A DNA stretch of 64,000 bases, taken from NCBI RefSeq assembly GCF_902713615.1, contig NC_052149.1:87499519-87563518 (forward strand). Reading direction: 5' to 3'. Positions 24,840 to 37,460 of this stretch are shown piece after piece; the stretch's first letter is position 1; the number at the start of each line of letters is the position of its first letter. The DNA is from Scyliorhinus canicula (Eukaryota). Position numbers and translations under genes: made by a program. Under the pieces are notes generated by a model that saw only the letters and a program-made list of their open reading frames with translations, was not told the DNA's origin and did no database searches.

Positions 24840-26230
24840 AGAGAATTCTGAACTCCTTTCTAATCCTTTTGCCAATTGCTTTAAATTTATGCCCCCTGAT
24901 TATTGACCTCTGCCAAGGGAAATAGATTTTTACAATCCACTCCACCTAGGCCCCTCATAATTCAATGCAGTTCAGTTAAATTTCTCCTCAGCCGCTACTG
25001 TTCCAAAGTAACTAAACCCAGCTTATCCAATCTTTCTTTACAGCTAAAGTTTTCCATTCCTGGCAACATCCACATAAATATCCACTATATCCTCTCTAAT
25101 GCAATCACATTCTTCCAGCAAAGCAGTGAGCAGACCTGTACACAAGATTCAAGCTAAAGTCTAACTAATCTTTTATCCAATTCTAGAATAAACTGCTGCT
25201 CGTGTACTCGATGTCTCGATTAACAAAGGACAGTATCCCATAGGCCTTCTTAGCCATCTTATCTACCTGTCCTTCTGCCTTTAAAGACCGATGAACATGC
25301 ACTCCCAAGGTTCCTCTGTTCCTCGACACTTCTCAATATCCTATCATTTATTGTGTATTCCCAGACCTTGCTTGCTCCAAACCCCAAGTGCATTGCCTGA
25401 CTTTTCTGGATTGAATTCTATTACCAATTTTCTGCCTATTTGATGAGTCCACTGATATCTTCTTGCTGTCCAATCAAGAAACCAAATACCGAGCCCTGCT
25501 GCACCCCATTGGAAACAGCATTCAAGTCTCAAAAACACACATTGGCCATTTGTTTCCTGCCATTGAATTAATTTAGGATCCAACTTGCCACTTGCCCTTG
25601 GACCGTTCAGGTTCTTACATTTCTGACCAGTCTGCTGTAAGACCATGCCAAAAGCCTTGCTAAAATACATGTAGACCGCATGAAATGCGGGTCATCGACC
25701 CTCCTGGTTAGTTGCTCAAAAAATTCAAGTTAGTAAAATACAATCTTCCCTTAAGTCTGCAAGTTCTCCTCGTGTCAGCGTGGGTTTCCTCCGGGGCTCC
25801 AGTTTCGTCCCACAAGTCCCGAAAGACGTACTATTAGGTGAATTGGACATTCCGAATTCACCCTCTGTGTATCCGAACAGGCACCGGAATGTGGCGACTA
25901 GAGGATTTTCACAGTAACTTAATTGCAGTGTCACTGTAAGCCTACTTGTGACAATAAATATTATTATTATTAAGTCTATGCTAACTGTGCTTGTTGATCC
26001 ACGTGGTTCTCAATGGCAATTCAAGCCGTCCCTCAAAATCTTTTCCTATAATTTGCCCATACCAAGGTTAGGCTGACCTGTGTAGTTACTCAATCTATCC
26101 CTTCCTCCTTTTGAAAACAATGGAACAACATTACAAGTCCTCCAGCATCACTCCTATAACCAGAGATGATTGAAAAATAAAGGTCAGAGCCTCTGGTATT
26201 TCCTCCTTTTCTTCTCTTAGAAGTATGGGA
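24840..26230 (-). mobile_element. Old CR1 LINE fragment interrupted by a type c V-SINE (25755-25972, +)
   Basis: YFSKAF, IEFNPEK and RGHKFK remnants; SINE V core and ATT tail. Confidence 0.72.
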
Positions 26231-26297
26231 TACATTTCACCTTGTTTAGGTTGATTTTTCTACTTCCAAAGAAGCTAAACCTCTTAATATTCTTTTT

Positions 26298-26520
26298 GTT
26301 TTATAAATTTAGAGTACCCAATTATTTTTTTTCAATTAAGGGGCAATTTATCATGGCCAGTCCACCTAACCTGCACATCCTTTGGGTTGTGGGGGTGAAA
26401 CCCACGCAGACATGGGGAGAATGTGCAAACTCCACATGGACAGTGACCCAGGGCCGGGATTCGAACCCGGGACCTCAGCGCCATGGTCCCAGTACTATAA
26501 CCACTGCGCCATGTGCCGCC
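26298..26520 (-). mobile_element. Short V-SINE with A-rich tail
   Basis: GGGTTCGAATCCC B box and V core. Confidence 0.82.
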
Positions 26521-27151
26521 CATCTCTTAATATTCTTAATTGTTGGTTGATTATGTTGCTAACATACACAGATGATGGGCATTGTTTGATTAAGGACTGA
26601 GAGCACATATGAAGAGTGGAACCTGGTTAGCTCAGTCAGTGGGCCAAAGACATTTAAGCTGAGGGCCCGTCAAGACTTCCTTAGGCCTCATGAAAGTCTT
26701 TGTTGTGGTCATCCCGTTTCTGTTCATGGTCACTCAGATCAGCAAGAGCTATGCCTCGCTACTGAAGGAGCACAACATCGTTGTCCCAATCAATGGCGAT
26801 GATGATGATTAACTGTCAGTTTGGGTGCTGCTTTTTTTAAAAAAAATCCATTCTCATGAAACCAGAAAATATGAACAATTTGCTCTGAATTCTCCTGCTC
26901 CCTGAGCAGAAGTGAATGAGTTGTTTCTTCATTTTATTCCAGGTGTGATGGTGGTGTAGAGGATGTCAGTGGACTGCTAGTCCAGAGGTCCATGGGAAAC
27001 ACTGGTTCCAATCACATTTTTGGGTTAGAAGAGGCAAGGTTGTGGTATTGTTGCTGGACTGACAATCCAGAGACCCCCATTTGAATTCAATAAAAATCTA
27101 GAATTAAAAGCCTCGAGATGACCATGAAACCAAATGTGGGTTTTTTTCTGT

Positions 27152-27223
27152 TCCCTGGTGGTGTAGAGCTAAGGATTTGGTGATTTCACTTTTGCAGCCT
27201 GGGTTCAATTCCCAGTCAGGAAA
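27152..27223 (+). pseudogene. tRNA-Glu(TTC) pseudogene
   Basis: 72 nt collinear with vertebrate tRNA-Glu (TCCCTGGTGGTCTAG...GGGTTCGATTCCCGGTCAGGGAA); TTC at positions 34-36; CpGs converted to TG/CA. Confidence 0.75.
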
Positions 27224-29499
27224 GTACATTTAACAAGCAAGTATAAAGAGAGTCATCTAGAAAACTGGGTTGATAGTTAGGAGGCAGAAATCTGTAATGT
27301 TGCATCCTGTGATGACAACCTTGCCAAATTTCTCCACACCTCCTATAATGGGAAAGAACTTAGTTGATGAGATTTGCTGACCATGTGAAATGCAGGTAAT
27401 GCATGAATTACAATAAAGCAATAGAAGAATGTGTACCTTCAGAACAAAATACATTATTTAGTTTTTAAAATCTGAATTGTTTAACTTACTGACAATTAAT
27501 TTCAAGGCTTTAAAAATCATAAATTATCTTTACTTCCAAAAATATGATACCATGCTCCCATTTATCAATGTGCCGAGAGATTATCCAAGATAAAAGCATA
27601 TTCTTGAACTGAACCTAATCTGCTTCCAATTCCATATTTTGACTGGATGATGTATGACAAGAACCAGATTTGCTTTCTCTAAAAGAAGAGTGGCTAGTCA
27701 AGACTAGTTTTGAATTGTTTTCCCCTCAGATAAATTAGGAAACTTCATCAAATTGGCAATCGGCAATGGTATAATTAGGACGCAAATCATAGATCATTTT
27801 GGAATTATCCTACATCAGCCTCCAACTCAAATAATCTCTTTCTGGGGAAGTGTAAAATTCAGCACATTTTTAACATTAATGTATCGTTTTAAAAAAAGAA
27901 AGTAAGACTGGGAAAACCGAGGCTGCCTTGATGAATATCAATTGTAGCCCTGTGTAACATTTCTGGGGAAATGAGCTGTGATGGAATAAGTGAAACTTTT
28001 TTTTACCATTACGGAGCTAAATAGCAGCAGTGTGCTGCTCAGCAACTGTTCTAATATCCATGGCAGTGGCTGTCAGGTCAGATAAACAAAATGGCCTTTA
28101 TACAACAGTAAGGAAAGAGCAGGTCATAGACTACTGACTTTGGAGACAGACAACACATGGAAAATCTTAAGATTTTCAATCCAAACCATTTTTTTTTGTT
28201 TTGTACTGAAAACTCTACAGCTAGGGAGAAGGTTTTGATTAGTGATTTACATAGAACTTAATATTATTTTAATAATTTTAGTAAAGCACATTTTTTTCCT
28301 TTGACAGCACCTGGTCAGAGAAAGTGGTCAAAAGAAAGTTTGTTTCATGTTATACAAGCTTTGGAAAGTCAAAGCATAGAATGTTCTCCAGTGCGATGTT
28401 TGAGCAGTTGTTATTGCTGACTGACACTATCATTGCTTTGATCTGATAGGAAATCCTTTTCACACGCCTAATCCCTAAAACACACTCTCTCTATTGCAGC
28501 TTTCCTCGTTTCTCTTTACAGATCCTATGATCATTGCTTATCTGACCTTGTTTCTCCTGGACTCCAAGTATATTGTCATAAATGTTTACCTCCTGTATGA
28601 ATTCAAGACTCATTTGACCAGTTCATAGAAGAAACTCATTCTTTCCAAGAATTTTAAAGAATGGAGCTCCTTCATGACCTCAGCCATTATTTTCTTCCTG
28701 CAACATTCAGGTGTGCCTTAATTTCACTTTGGGGCCACCTACTACTTCCTGATTTGCCTAGTCTTTTCCTGTTTCAATCTTGTTAGTCCCCTGCACCAGA
28801 GGCCTTGGACTTTCACCTTGCTGTCTTGATGTAACACAGCATACAACATACATGCCCAAAGTGATGTATAATGCATTGTCTCTGCTGTTGTTAATTGAAC
28901 TATTATTATTATTCTTGACCTCTAACTTGAAGTCACTGTTCAGAGCAACTCATAGTTACGTGCAAGTTGTCCTTCGTCCTAATAAGGAACATTTTTCATC
29001 ATTCCACCAGGCACTGATATTTTTAAAAATGTTGTCACTCACAATTACAATGAACAAATAGATTTGATGTTCAATGCTGTGGTAGAATGAGCATTTATTC
29101 CAATAACTTTGAACCTTTTTAAAACCACATGCGTGGCTACAATCTCCAGTAATGGCTTTAAAGCAGTACTCCAAATATACAAGCAATTATTGTTTTCTTA
29201 TATAAATCTATTTTTCCCCTCAAGAAAAAATAATGCTGTAGAAATTTGAGTACATCAAAACGACAACTCTGGACAGTGTTTGTGCCGGGTTTCGGAAATT
29301 GTTTTTTGGGAAAAAAGATGGAACCTCTTAACTCAGCAAATAGGGGGCACCATATGATTTGGGTGGGGTCAGGCACTCAGAGCGTGGAAAATAAGTGTCT
29401 GGTTTTCAGACACCACCGCTTTTAAGGTACTCTTTCTCTAATAGTTATCTCACTAAATAAGAGATGTTGGGGGGAGTCCTCTGGCCTCCTCAGTGTCTT

Positions 29500-29668
29500 T
29501 CCTGTGGCGGGAAGGCAGCACACCTTTTACAGGCAGCAGGATCCTCTGTCCTGCCGCTGTCAGTGCGATTTCCCATTGATTACACCCCACGCCACCGGGA
29601 ATCCCACACATATGCTGTTGGCGAGACCAGAGAATTCCACCGACATGAACATCTGGAGAATTCCAGCC
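29500..29668. mobile_element. Short Harbinger-type MITE relic
   Basis: Right end ggagaattccagcc; interior resembles 5175-5358 and 62953-63119. Confidence 0.5.
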
Positions 29669-29755
29669 ATTGTTTACTCCTACAATTATCTCCCTTTATT
29701 TCCTGAATTCAGGCTGCCACCATCCAGTACATCTTTTGAGTATACTATCTATAGC

Positions 29756-29960
29756 AATAATAATAATAATCTTTATTATCATAAGTAGGCTTACATTGAC
29801 ACAGCAATGAAGTTACTGTGAAAAGCCCCTAGTCGCCACATTCTGGCGCCTGTTCGGGTACACGGAGGGAGAATTCAGAATGTCCAAATGACCTAACAGC
29901 ACCTCTTTTGGGACTTGTGGGAGGAAACAGGAGCACCCAAAGGAAACCCACGCAGACATA
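29756..29960 (-). mobile_element. 5'-truncated type c V-SINE
   Basis: V core and ATT tail. Confidence 0.8.
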
Positions 29961-30197
29961 AGGAGGGGACAGTTTAAAAAAGGGGATTAGTATATGTTCC
30001 CTTTTCTCTTAGTGGGGAGAGAGGTTTGTTGATTTTGTTGGGATTTGGACATGTTTGTTCAGGGAAGGGATATATTGGCTGTTTGAGGAGATATGGTAAG
30101 GGACTCTGTTCGGGAGCTAGCGATAGGGAAAGGGGAGGCTAGATAACATGAGTGGGGGGGGGGGGGGAGAGGCTGCGGCCTCTTGAGCCATGTAAGA

Positions 30198-30492
30198 AGG
30201 GCATGGTATCACATTGGCTAGCACTGTTGTTTCACAGCGCCAGGGACCTGGGTTCGATTCCTGGCTTGGGTCACTGACTGCACGGAGTCTGCCCGTTCTG
30301 CCCGTATCTGCTTGGTGCTCCAGTTTCCTCCCGCAAGTTCCGAAAGATGCACTTGTTAGGTGAATTGGACATTCTGAATTCTCCTCCGGTGTCCCCGAAC
30401 AGGCGCCGGAGTGTGGCGACGAAGAGATTTTGACAATAATTTAATTGCAGTGTTAATGTAAGAGTAATGTGACACTAATAAAGATTATTATT
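30198..30492 (+). mobile_element. Type c V-SINE inside L1
   Basis: B box, V core, ATT tail. Confidence 0.8.
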
Positions 30493-33400
30493 AGATCATT
30501 ATTAATAAGTCTAGCTGCAGGTTTATGTTTGTGTGGTAGGGGACGGGGGAGGATATGGTGCCTGGCAGTCTGTGGGCCTGGAAGGTGCGGAGGGGGGTGA
30601 ATTAACACTGACCAGAGCTTTTCTTTGTCTCAACTTGGGGGCGGAGCTGGTGGCCACCTTAGATGGGGCTGGGACCCAGGAATTTGGGAAGGGATATTGC
30701 ACTACGGTGCACTTGCAGAGTTGAGGGGGAGGGGAGGAGTGAGAGACCCCCAACCGGGTTGATCACCTGGAACGTGCAGGTTTTTGGGGGTGGGCCTTGA
30801 AGGGAGCAAGGGTTTTTTTCCAATCTAAAAAGGCTGGGGGCCTTGTAGTGTTCCAACTAGAGACTCACCTGCAGGTGCAGGACCAGATTAGATTGAGGAA
30901 AGCTTGAGTAAGTCAAGTTCTTCACTCAGGGTTTGACAGCAGGATGTGGGATGGGGTGGTGATTCTGGTTAGCAGGAGGGCTTGTTTTCAGGTGGGTACA
31001 GTGGTGGCTGATCCTGGGGGGGTCAGTATGTGATAGTCACCGGTGCACTGGAGGGAAGGGCTGTGGCATTTGGTGAACTTATATGTCCCGAATTGGGACA
31101 GTGCGAAGCTCATGTGGCAGTTGTTGGCTGCTGTCCCAGAACTGGATACACGGCAGCTGATTTTAGGGAGCATTTCAATTCTGGATCCAAAGTTGGACCG
31201 CTCCAGGCCCAGATCGCTGGTCCCTTCAGGGATGGCAAAGATGTTAACTTCATTTATGGACGAGACAGAAGGGATGTAATCGTGGAGGTTTATGTACCGG
31301 TGAGTAAGGGGTTTTTTTTGCCGATATACAAGGTGTATTCACGTATCGATGTTTTTCGTTATGGGTAAGACTTTGCTACCTGGGGTAAAGAATGCAGGGT
31401 ACTCTGCATTGGTTAATTCCGCCCATGCACCGTATCTGGTGGATTTAAAGTTGGAGGGGGGCCGGGCACAGCGCGCAGGTTGGAACCTGGATGTGGAACT
31501 GTTATCGGAGCTGGGGTTCTGTGCAAAGGTTTCAGGGGCCATAAAGAACCATGTTGAATGAAATGAAAACGGAATGGTCTCTCCGTCTACGGTGTGGGAG
31601 GCATTAAAGGTGGTGATTATAGGGGAGATCATCTCGTACAAGTCATATTTGGATAGCGAGAACAGGCGGGAGCGTCAGGAGGTAGTGTGGATAGGGAGTA
31701 TGCGAGTGACTGAACACCGGAGCTCTTGGCAGGCAGGAAGAAGTTGCAAATGCAGTTTGACCTACTGTACATAGGCCAGGCAGTGCAACAACTACAGCGT
31801 TTAATGGGGATGATATATGAGAATGGGGAGAAGGCTAGCCATCTGTTTGCTCATCTATTAAAGTGGCAAGAGACTGCCAGGGAGATTGTGCAGATGTGGG
31901 AGCCAGGGGGTGAATTGGTCTCTACCTCAGGGAAAGTTAATGAGATGGTTTGTTTCTACTATGAGAGTCTTTATAGGTCAGAACTGCCAAAGGATGAGCG
32001 GTGGATGGTTTAGTTCTTGGAGGGCTTGGCGTTTCCTCAGGTGGGGGATGAATTGCGTGAGGCATTGGCGGCGTCGATCGGGTTGGAGGAGGTCCATAGG
32101 GTTCTGGGTAAGATGCAGAGGGGGAAGGTGCCGGGTCCTGGTGGGTTTCTGATAGAATTTTACAAGAAGCTTGTGGACCAACTGGCTCATTGGTGCTGGG
32201 GATGTTTAACGACTCATTGGCGCGGGGGTTCCTCCCAGAGACATTGAAGCTGGCGTCCATCTCCCTCCTGAAGAAGGACAAGGAACCAATAGAGTATGGG
32301 TCGTATCGCCCAATTTCTCTGCTTAATGTGGACGCAAAACATTTGGCTAAAACGCTAGCGTTGAATCTGGAAACCTGCCTCCCAGAGGTAGTGGGAAAAG
32401 ACTGTTGTCCAATGTGAGGTGGTTACTTAATGTAGTTCTTACACCGACAGTGAGGCCAGAATGGAGATTATTGTGTCTCTAGACGTCAAATAGGCATTTG
32501 ATAGGGTCAAATGGAGCTATTTGTTCGCGCTTCTAGAGACAGTTGGGATTGGTCCTGGGATTGCATCGTGGGTTCGGCTATTATAAGAAGTGCTCGCTCT
32601 AGTGTTACAACAAACAGTTGTTCAGACTCCAGGGATTCCCTAGCTCTCCTCTGATGTTCGCGTTGGCAATCAAACCAATGGCAATTGTTTTGAGGGTCAT
32701 GGGCGAATGGAGAGAAATTGTGAGGGGTGGAGTAGTGCATAAGGTGCCCCTAGGCGCAGACAACCTTTTGCTGCACACAAGGGATCCATGGCCAGTTATG
32801 GGGGAAATATTGGGGATATTGAATAGGTTCCATTTTTCAGGATATAAACTGAATGCTGGGAAGGGCAAATATTTTGTCCTCAAGAGGAGCTGGGTTGGGA
32901 GGGAGGGGGTTGGGGAGCTGCCATTCTATCTGGTGGGAACTAGTTTTCACTATTTGGGGGTTCAAGTGGCCCGGGACTGGATGCAACTTCGGAAACTGAA
33001 TTTTAGAAGGTTGGCGAGCAGAGTTAGAGCAGACTTGCAGAGGTGGGACAATCTTCCACTGTCACTGGTTGGCCAAGGTCAATCTATTAAGGTGATAGTT
33101 TAGCCCTTATTTGTGTTCTTATTTCAATTCCTTCCAGTTTTTTTGCCAAAGTCGCTTTAGTGGTTGATGACACAGCTCATAACGGGCTTCATATGGGCGG
33201 AAGGAACTCCTCATATTCAGAGAGGGGTCCTCCAGAGGGAAAGGCAGGTTGGCGGGGGGGGGGGTTGGTGCTCCCAAATTTGATGTATTACTATTGAGCA
33301 GCCAATGAGAAGAAGGTGTTGGGGCGGTTAGGAGTCCAGGAAGTTAGTTGGGTGCGGATGGAGTCGGGGGCATGTAAAGGGACAGGCCTGGAGGCACTTG

Positions 33401-33503
33401 TGACAGCATCTTTGCCGTTTACTCCAGCAAAGTATTCTGTGAATCCAGTGGTAGTCTCCACGTTAAAAATATGATGGCAACTCAGTCAGCTTTTAAGCTG
33501 AGG

Positions 33504-33707
33504 GTTTGGTTTGGTTTATTGTCATGTGTACCGAGGGACAGTGATAAGTATTTTTCTGTGAGCAGCTCAACAAATCATTAAGTACATGAAAATAAAATAA
33601 AAAGAAAATACATAATAGGTAAACACTAGGTACACAATGTAACTACATAAACACCGTGTACCTTGTGTTGCCCTATTATGTATTTTCTTTTTATTTCATT
33701 TTCATGT
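33504..33707 (-). mobile_element. LINE 3'-end fragment (possibly Rex1/Babar-like) with fold-back duplication
   Basis: Minus strand ends GGTACACATGACAATAAA(CCAAA)n; inverted arms 33584-33635 and 33656-33707. Confidence 0.55.
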
Positions 33708-34171
33708 GGTGTCAAGGTGGGCTCTAATCTGTAAAAACCATTTGTTCAAGCTGTCCAAATTGGATGTTACATACATTCAGCGGGTGGAAAGGGGCTGGAG
33801 AGGGTGGGGGGATCTGTTTTTGAAAGGGCGGTTTGCGAGGAGTTGAAGGAGAAAGGAGGGCTTGGGGGGCTGTTCAGATATTTCCAGGTGTGGGACTTTG
33901 TACAGTGAGCATTCCTGTCATTTCCACAGGCACCACCATCTACCGTGTTGGCAAGGATACTCTCATGTGTGGGGTTGGAGGAGGATGGCATGTCTGAGAT
34001 ATAAGGGTGGCTCATGGGGGAAGAGCAGGTTCAGTGAATGAGGTGAAGGCCAGGCGGGAGGAAGAGCTGGGACCCATTTTGGAGGAGGAGGTGTGGAGCG
34101 AGTCCCTCCGTAGGGTGAATGCTACGTCATCCTGCGTGAGGTTGAGCTTGATATAGCTAACGGTGGTGTTT

Positions 34172-34440
34172 ATAATTATAATCTTTATTATTGTCACAAG
34201 CAGACTTACATTAACACTGTAATGAAATTACTGTGAAAATACCTTAATCGCCACACTCTGCCGCCTGTTCTGGTACATTGAGAGAAAATTCAGAATGTCC
34301 AAATCACCTAACAGCACGTCTTTCAGGTCTTGTGGGAGAAAACCGGGAGCATCCGGAGGAAACCCACACAGACACGGGAAGAACGTGCAGACTCCTCACA
34401 GACAGTGACCCAAGCCGGGAAACAAACCTAGGTTCCTGGA
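34172..34440 (-). mobile_element. Type c V-SINE inside L1
   Basis: V core and ATT tail. Confidence 0.8.
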
Positions 34441-35254
34441 GGGCTCACCTCACCAGGGCCGGAATAAGGCGGTTTTCTGAGGTGGTCGAGTATAAGTGTG
34501 AGTGGTGCTCAAGAGGGCCTGCTCATCATACATACATGTTCTGGTCCTGCCCCAAGCTGGTCAGTTTTTGTGGTCCTTTTTCAGCACCACATCGGCAAAT
34601 CCTGAATACTGACTCAACCCCTTTCCGTTAGTTGCCGCATTTAGAGTGTCGGACCAACCAGAGCATGGGGGCAGGAGTGGATGCTTTGGCATTTGCATCG
34701 CAGTTGGCCCGGTGACGTATATTGTAGAGCTGGAAACATGCAACGCCACACTGTGCATCAGCATGGCGGGTGATTTGTTGGAATTCTTGTACCTCGAGAA
34801 GGTCAGGTTCACGATGAGGGGCTGATCAATGGGTTCTATCATAGAAGGCAGCCGTTTACCTTGCACTTTAAAAATCTGGTCACTGTTAGCTATTAGTGGG
34901 GGAGGCAACGTGGAGGCGGGGGGGGGGAATTGTTTGGCTTGCATTTCTGTTATTGGGGTTCCTGTTGCTTGTAATTTTTGATACACGTGTTGGTGTTAGT
35001 GCAGTTTTGTTTTGTAATTTTTTTGTATAAATGTTAAAAGTTTTAATAAAAATATATTTTAAAAAACATTTACACTGTTTGAGAAAGGAGGTAGCAAAAG
35101 TCACTAGATAGTGATCAGTAATAGAAAATCTTGTTTATGTTTTAAACCACTCATAAGCGAGAGGGTGTTTGAGCCACTTTTGCAGCACTCCTAATTCCAT
35201 GTTGGTTGAAATCTGATAATTGTGTGCAGGCCAATGGGTGAACCGGAAACCTTT

Positions 35255-35903
35255 GGGCGGGATACTCCGATAATGGGGCTAAGTGTTGATGCTGTCGTAA
35301 CGCCGGAGCGTTTTACGACGGCATCATCTGGCCGCTAGGAGCAGCGATCCTGCGCCGCTGGGGGGCCAGCACGGCATTGGAGCACTTCATGCAGCTGCAG
35401 CTGCCGATACGGGCGCCAGCACGGCCGGTGCAGGACCACGCATGCACGTGGGTTGCCGTCTATGCGCTGGCCCCCAGGCAACATGGCAGAGCCCTACAGG
35501 GGCCCGGCGCGGAGGAACATAGGCCCCCCCCCCCGGAATTAGCCCACCCGCTGATCGGTAGCCTGGCCACTGTGGGGGCCCCCACTCCCCCGGAGTCGGA
35601 CCCCCCTCCCCCAGTAGGATGGCCCCTGCAGCCAGAACGTCGAGGTCCCATTGGTTATGACCACACGCGAACGACACCGGTCGGCCTAGGCCAAACACGG
35701 CGGGCATTCGGCCCGTCGAGTGCGAAGAATCGCCGGGAGGCCGCTTTGAGCGGCCCCCAGGCGACCGCGCCGGCGACAATTGTGCCAATTCTCCAGCGAC
35801 CGGAGAATTGGTGGCCCAGCGTCGGAGTGGTGGCATGGGATTTGCGCCCTCCCGCCCCGCCGCCGATTCTCCGACCCGGCGTGGGATCGGAGAATCCCGC
35901 TCC
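35255..35903. mobile_element. Harbinger-type MITE (family C-like)
   Basis: gggcgggatactcc ... ggagaatcccgctcc, TSD TTT. Confidence 0.82.
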
Positions 35904-36014
35904 TTTATTTTTCATGATGCAGTAAATACTATTTAACCACTGAACATCTGATTTACTTAAGTGTCTCCTTTTGTTTAAGATCCAGGATCTGGACACAAGT
36001 TATAGCCTGACAGA

Positions 36015-36409
36015 TGTTACATCCCGGTTCCAACCCGCGCATGCGCGGATAATATCAGTGCGCAGACAGCACAAACCCACGCATGCGGGTGCCGTCTTTC
36101 TCCTACGCCGCCCGGCAAGACGTGGCGGCTTGATCTTGCCGGGCGGAGGAGGGGAAAGAGTGCGTCCGTTTTGGATGCTGGCCCAACGATCGGTGGGCAC
36201 CGATCGCGGTCCTGTCCCCTCCCGAGCACAGTCGCGGTGCTCCCGTCCAAATCGGGCCCCTAGATGCCCCAAACGGGCATCTACCGCCCGTTTCACGATG
36301 GCAGCGACCAGGTGTGGTTGCTGCCGTGGTGAAACGGGCGTGAAGGGCCGGCCACTCGGGCTTGGAGAATCGTCGTTCGCCGTGAACGATTTTTCCGAGC
36401 GCGGGGGGT

Positions 36410-36452
<43 letters not shown>

Positions 36453-36524
36453 GGGGGCGCAAAAAATGTCGGGAGGCCCTCCCACGATTCTCCCACACCA
36501 CGTGGGGAGCAGAGAATTCCGCCC
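36015..36524. mobile_element. Truncated family A-related MITE with a 40-nt poly-G
   Basis: Right TIR agagaattccgccc; interior GCGCATGCGC and CGATCGGTGGGCACCGATCG palindromes. Confidence 0.75.
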
Positions 36525-36784
36525 TAAGAGTATTAAAGCAAGGAAGCTATGATGAACTTATTAAAACACTGGTTTGTCCATAGTTGGAGTATTCTGGCCA
36601 ATTCTGGACATTTCACTTCAGGAAGGATGTGAAGGGATTGGAGAGGGTGCTAAAAAGATTTCTGAGAATGGTTACAGGAATGAAGGACTTCAGTTATCTG
36701 AATAAATTGGAAACATTAAAGCTATTCTTCTGGAAAAGGTTGAATACAGAGCAGAAGAGATATAATTTTCCAATTAAAAAAAAA

Positions 36785-37460
36785 TAATTCATGGGATGTG
36801 GGCTTTGTTGGCTAGGCCAGCATTTATCGCCCATTTCTAATTGCCCTTTAGAAGGTGGTGGTGCCTCTTCAACCGCTGTGGTGTAGATACACCAGGCTTG
36901 TCGGGGAAGGAGTTCCAGATTTTGGCCCAGCAACAGTGAAGGAACAGCGATATGTCCCAAGTCAGGATGGTGAGTGGCGTGGAGAACAACTTCCAGGTGG
37001 TGATGTTTCCAGGTTCCTGTTGCCCTTATCTTTCTAGGTGGTAGTAGTTCTGGGTTTGTAAGGTGCTGTCTAAGCAATCGTGGTGAGTTCCTGCATCTTG
37101 TAGATGCTACATACTGCTGCCACTGTGTGTCAGTGGTGGTGGAATGAATGTTTCTGGATGAGTTGCCAATCAATCAGGCTGTTTTGTCCTGAATGGTGTC
37201 ATGAATCTTGAAGGTTGTTGGAGCTGCACTCATCCAGATAAGTGGAGAGTACTCCATTACACTCCTGATTTGTACCTTGTAGATGGTGGATAGGCTTTGT
37301 GGAGTCAGATGGTGTGTTTCTTGCTGCAGGATTCTTAGCCTCCAGCCTGCTCTTGTAGCCACAGTATTTATATGGCTCATCCAGTTCAGTATTTGGTCCA
37401 TGGTAACCCCCAGATGTTGATAGTGAGGGATTCAGCAATGGCAATGCCTTTGAATGTCAT
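36785..37460 (-). mobile_element. LINE 3' fragment (CR1/L2-related group)
   Basis: STIYKVQIRSVMEYSPLIWMSAAPTT is an RT C-terminal motif. Confidence 0.72.

Larger units (their letters stand above)
29965..35066 (+). mobile_element. L1-clade LINE, near-complete decayed ORF2 plus 3' end, with several insertions
   Basis: TWNV, ETHL, VNLYVPNWD, YSRIDVF (endonuclease); YRPISLLNVDAK (RT); CEWC...HHTYMFWSCPKL (zinc knuckle); AATAAA and A-rich end near 35045-35066. Confidence 0.88.
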
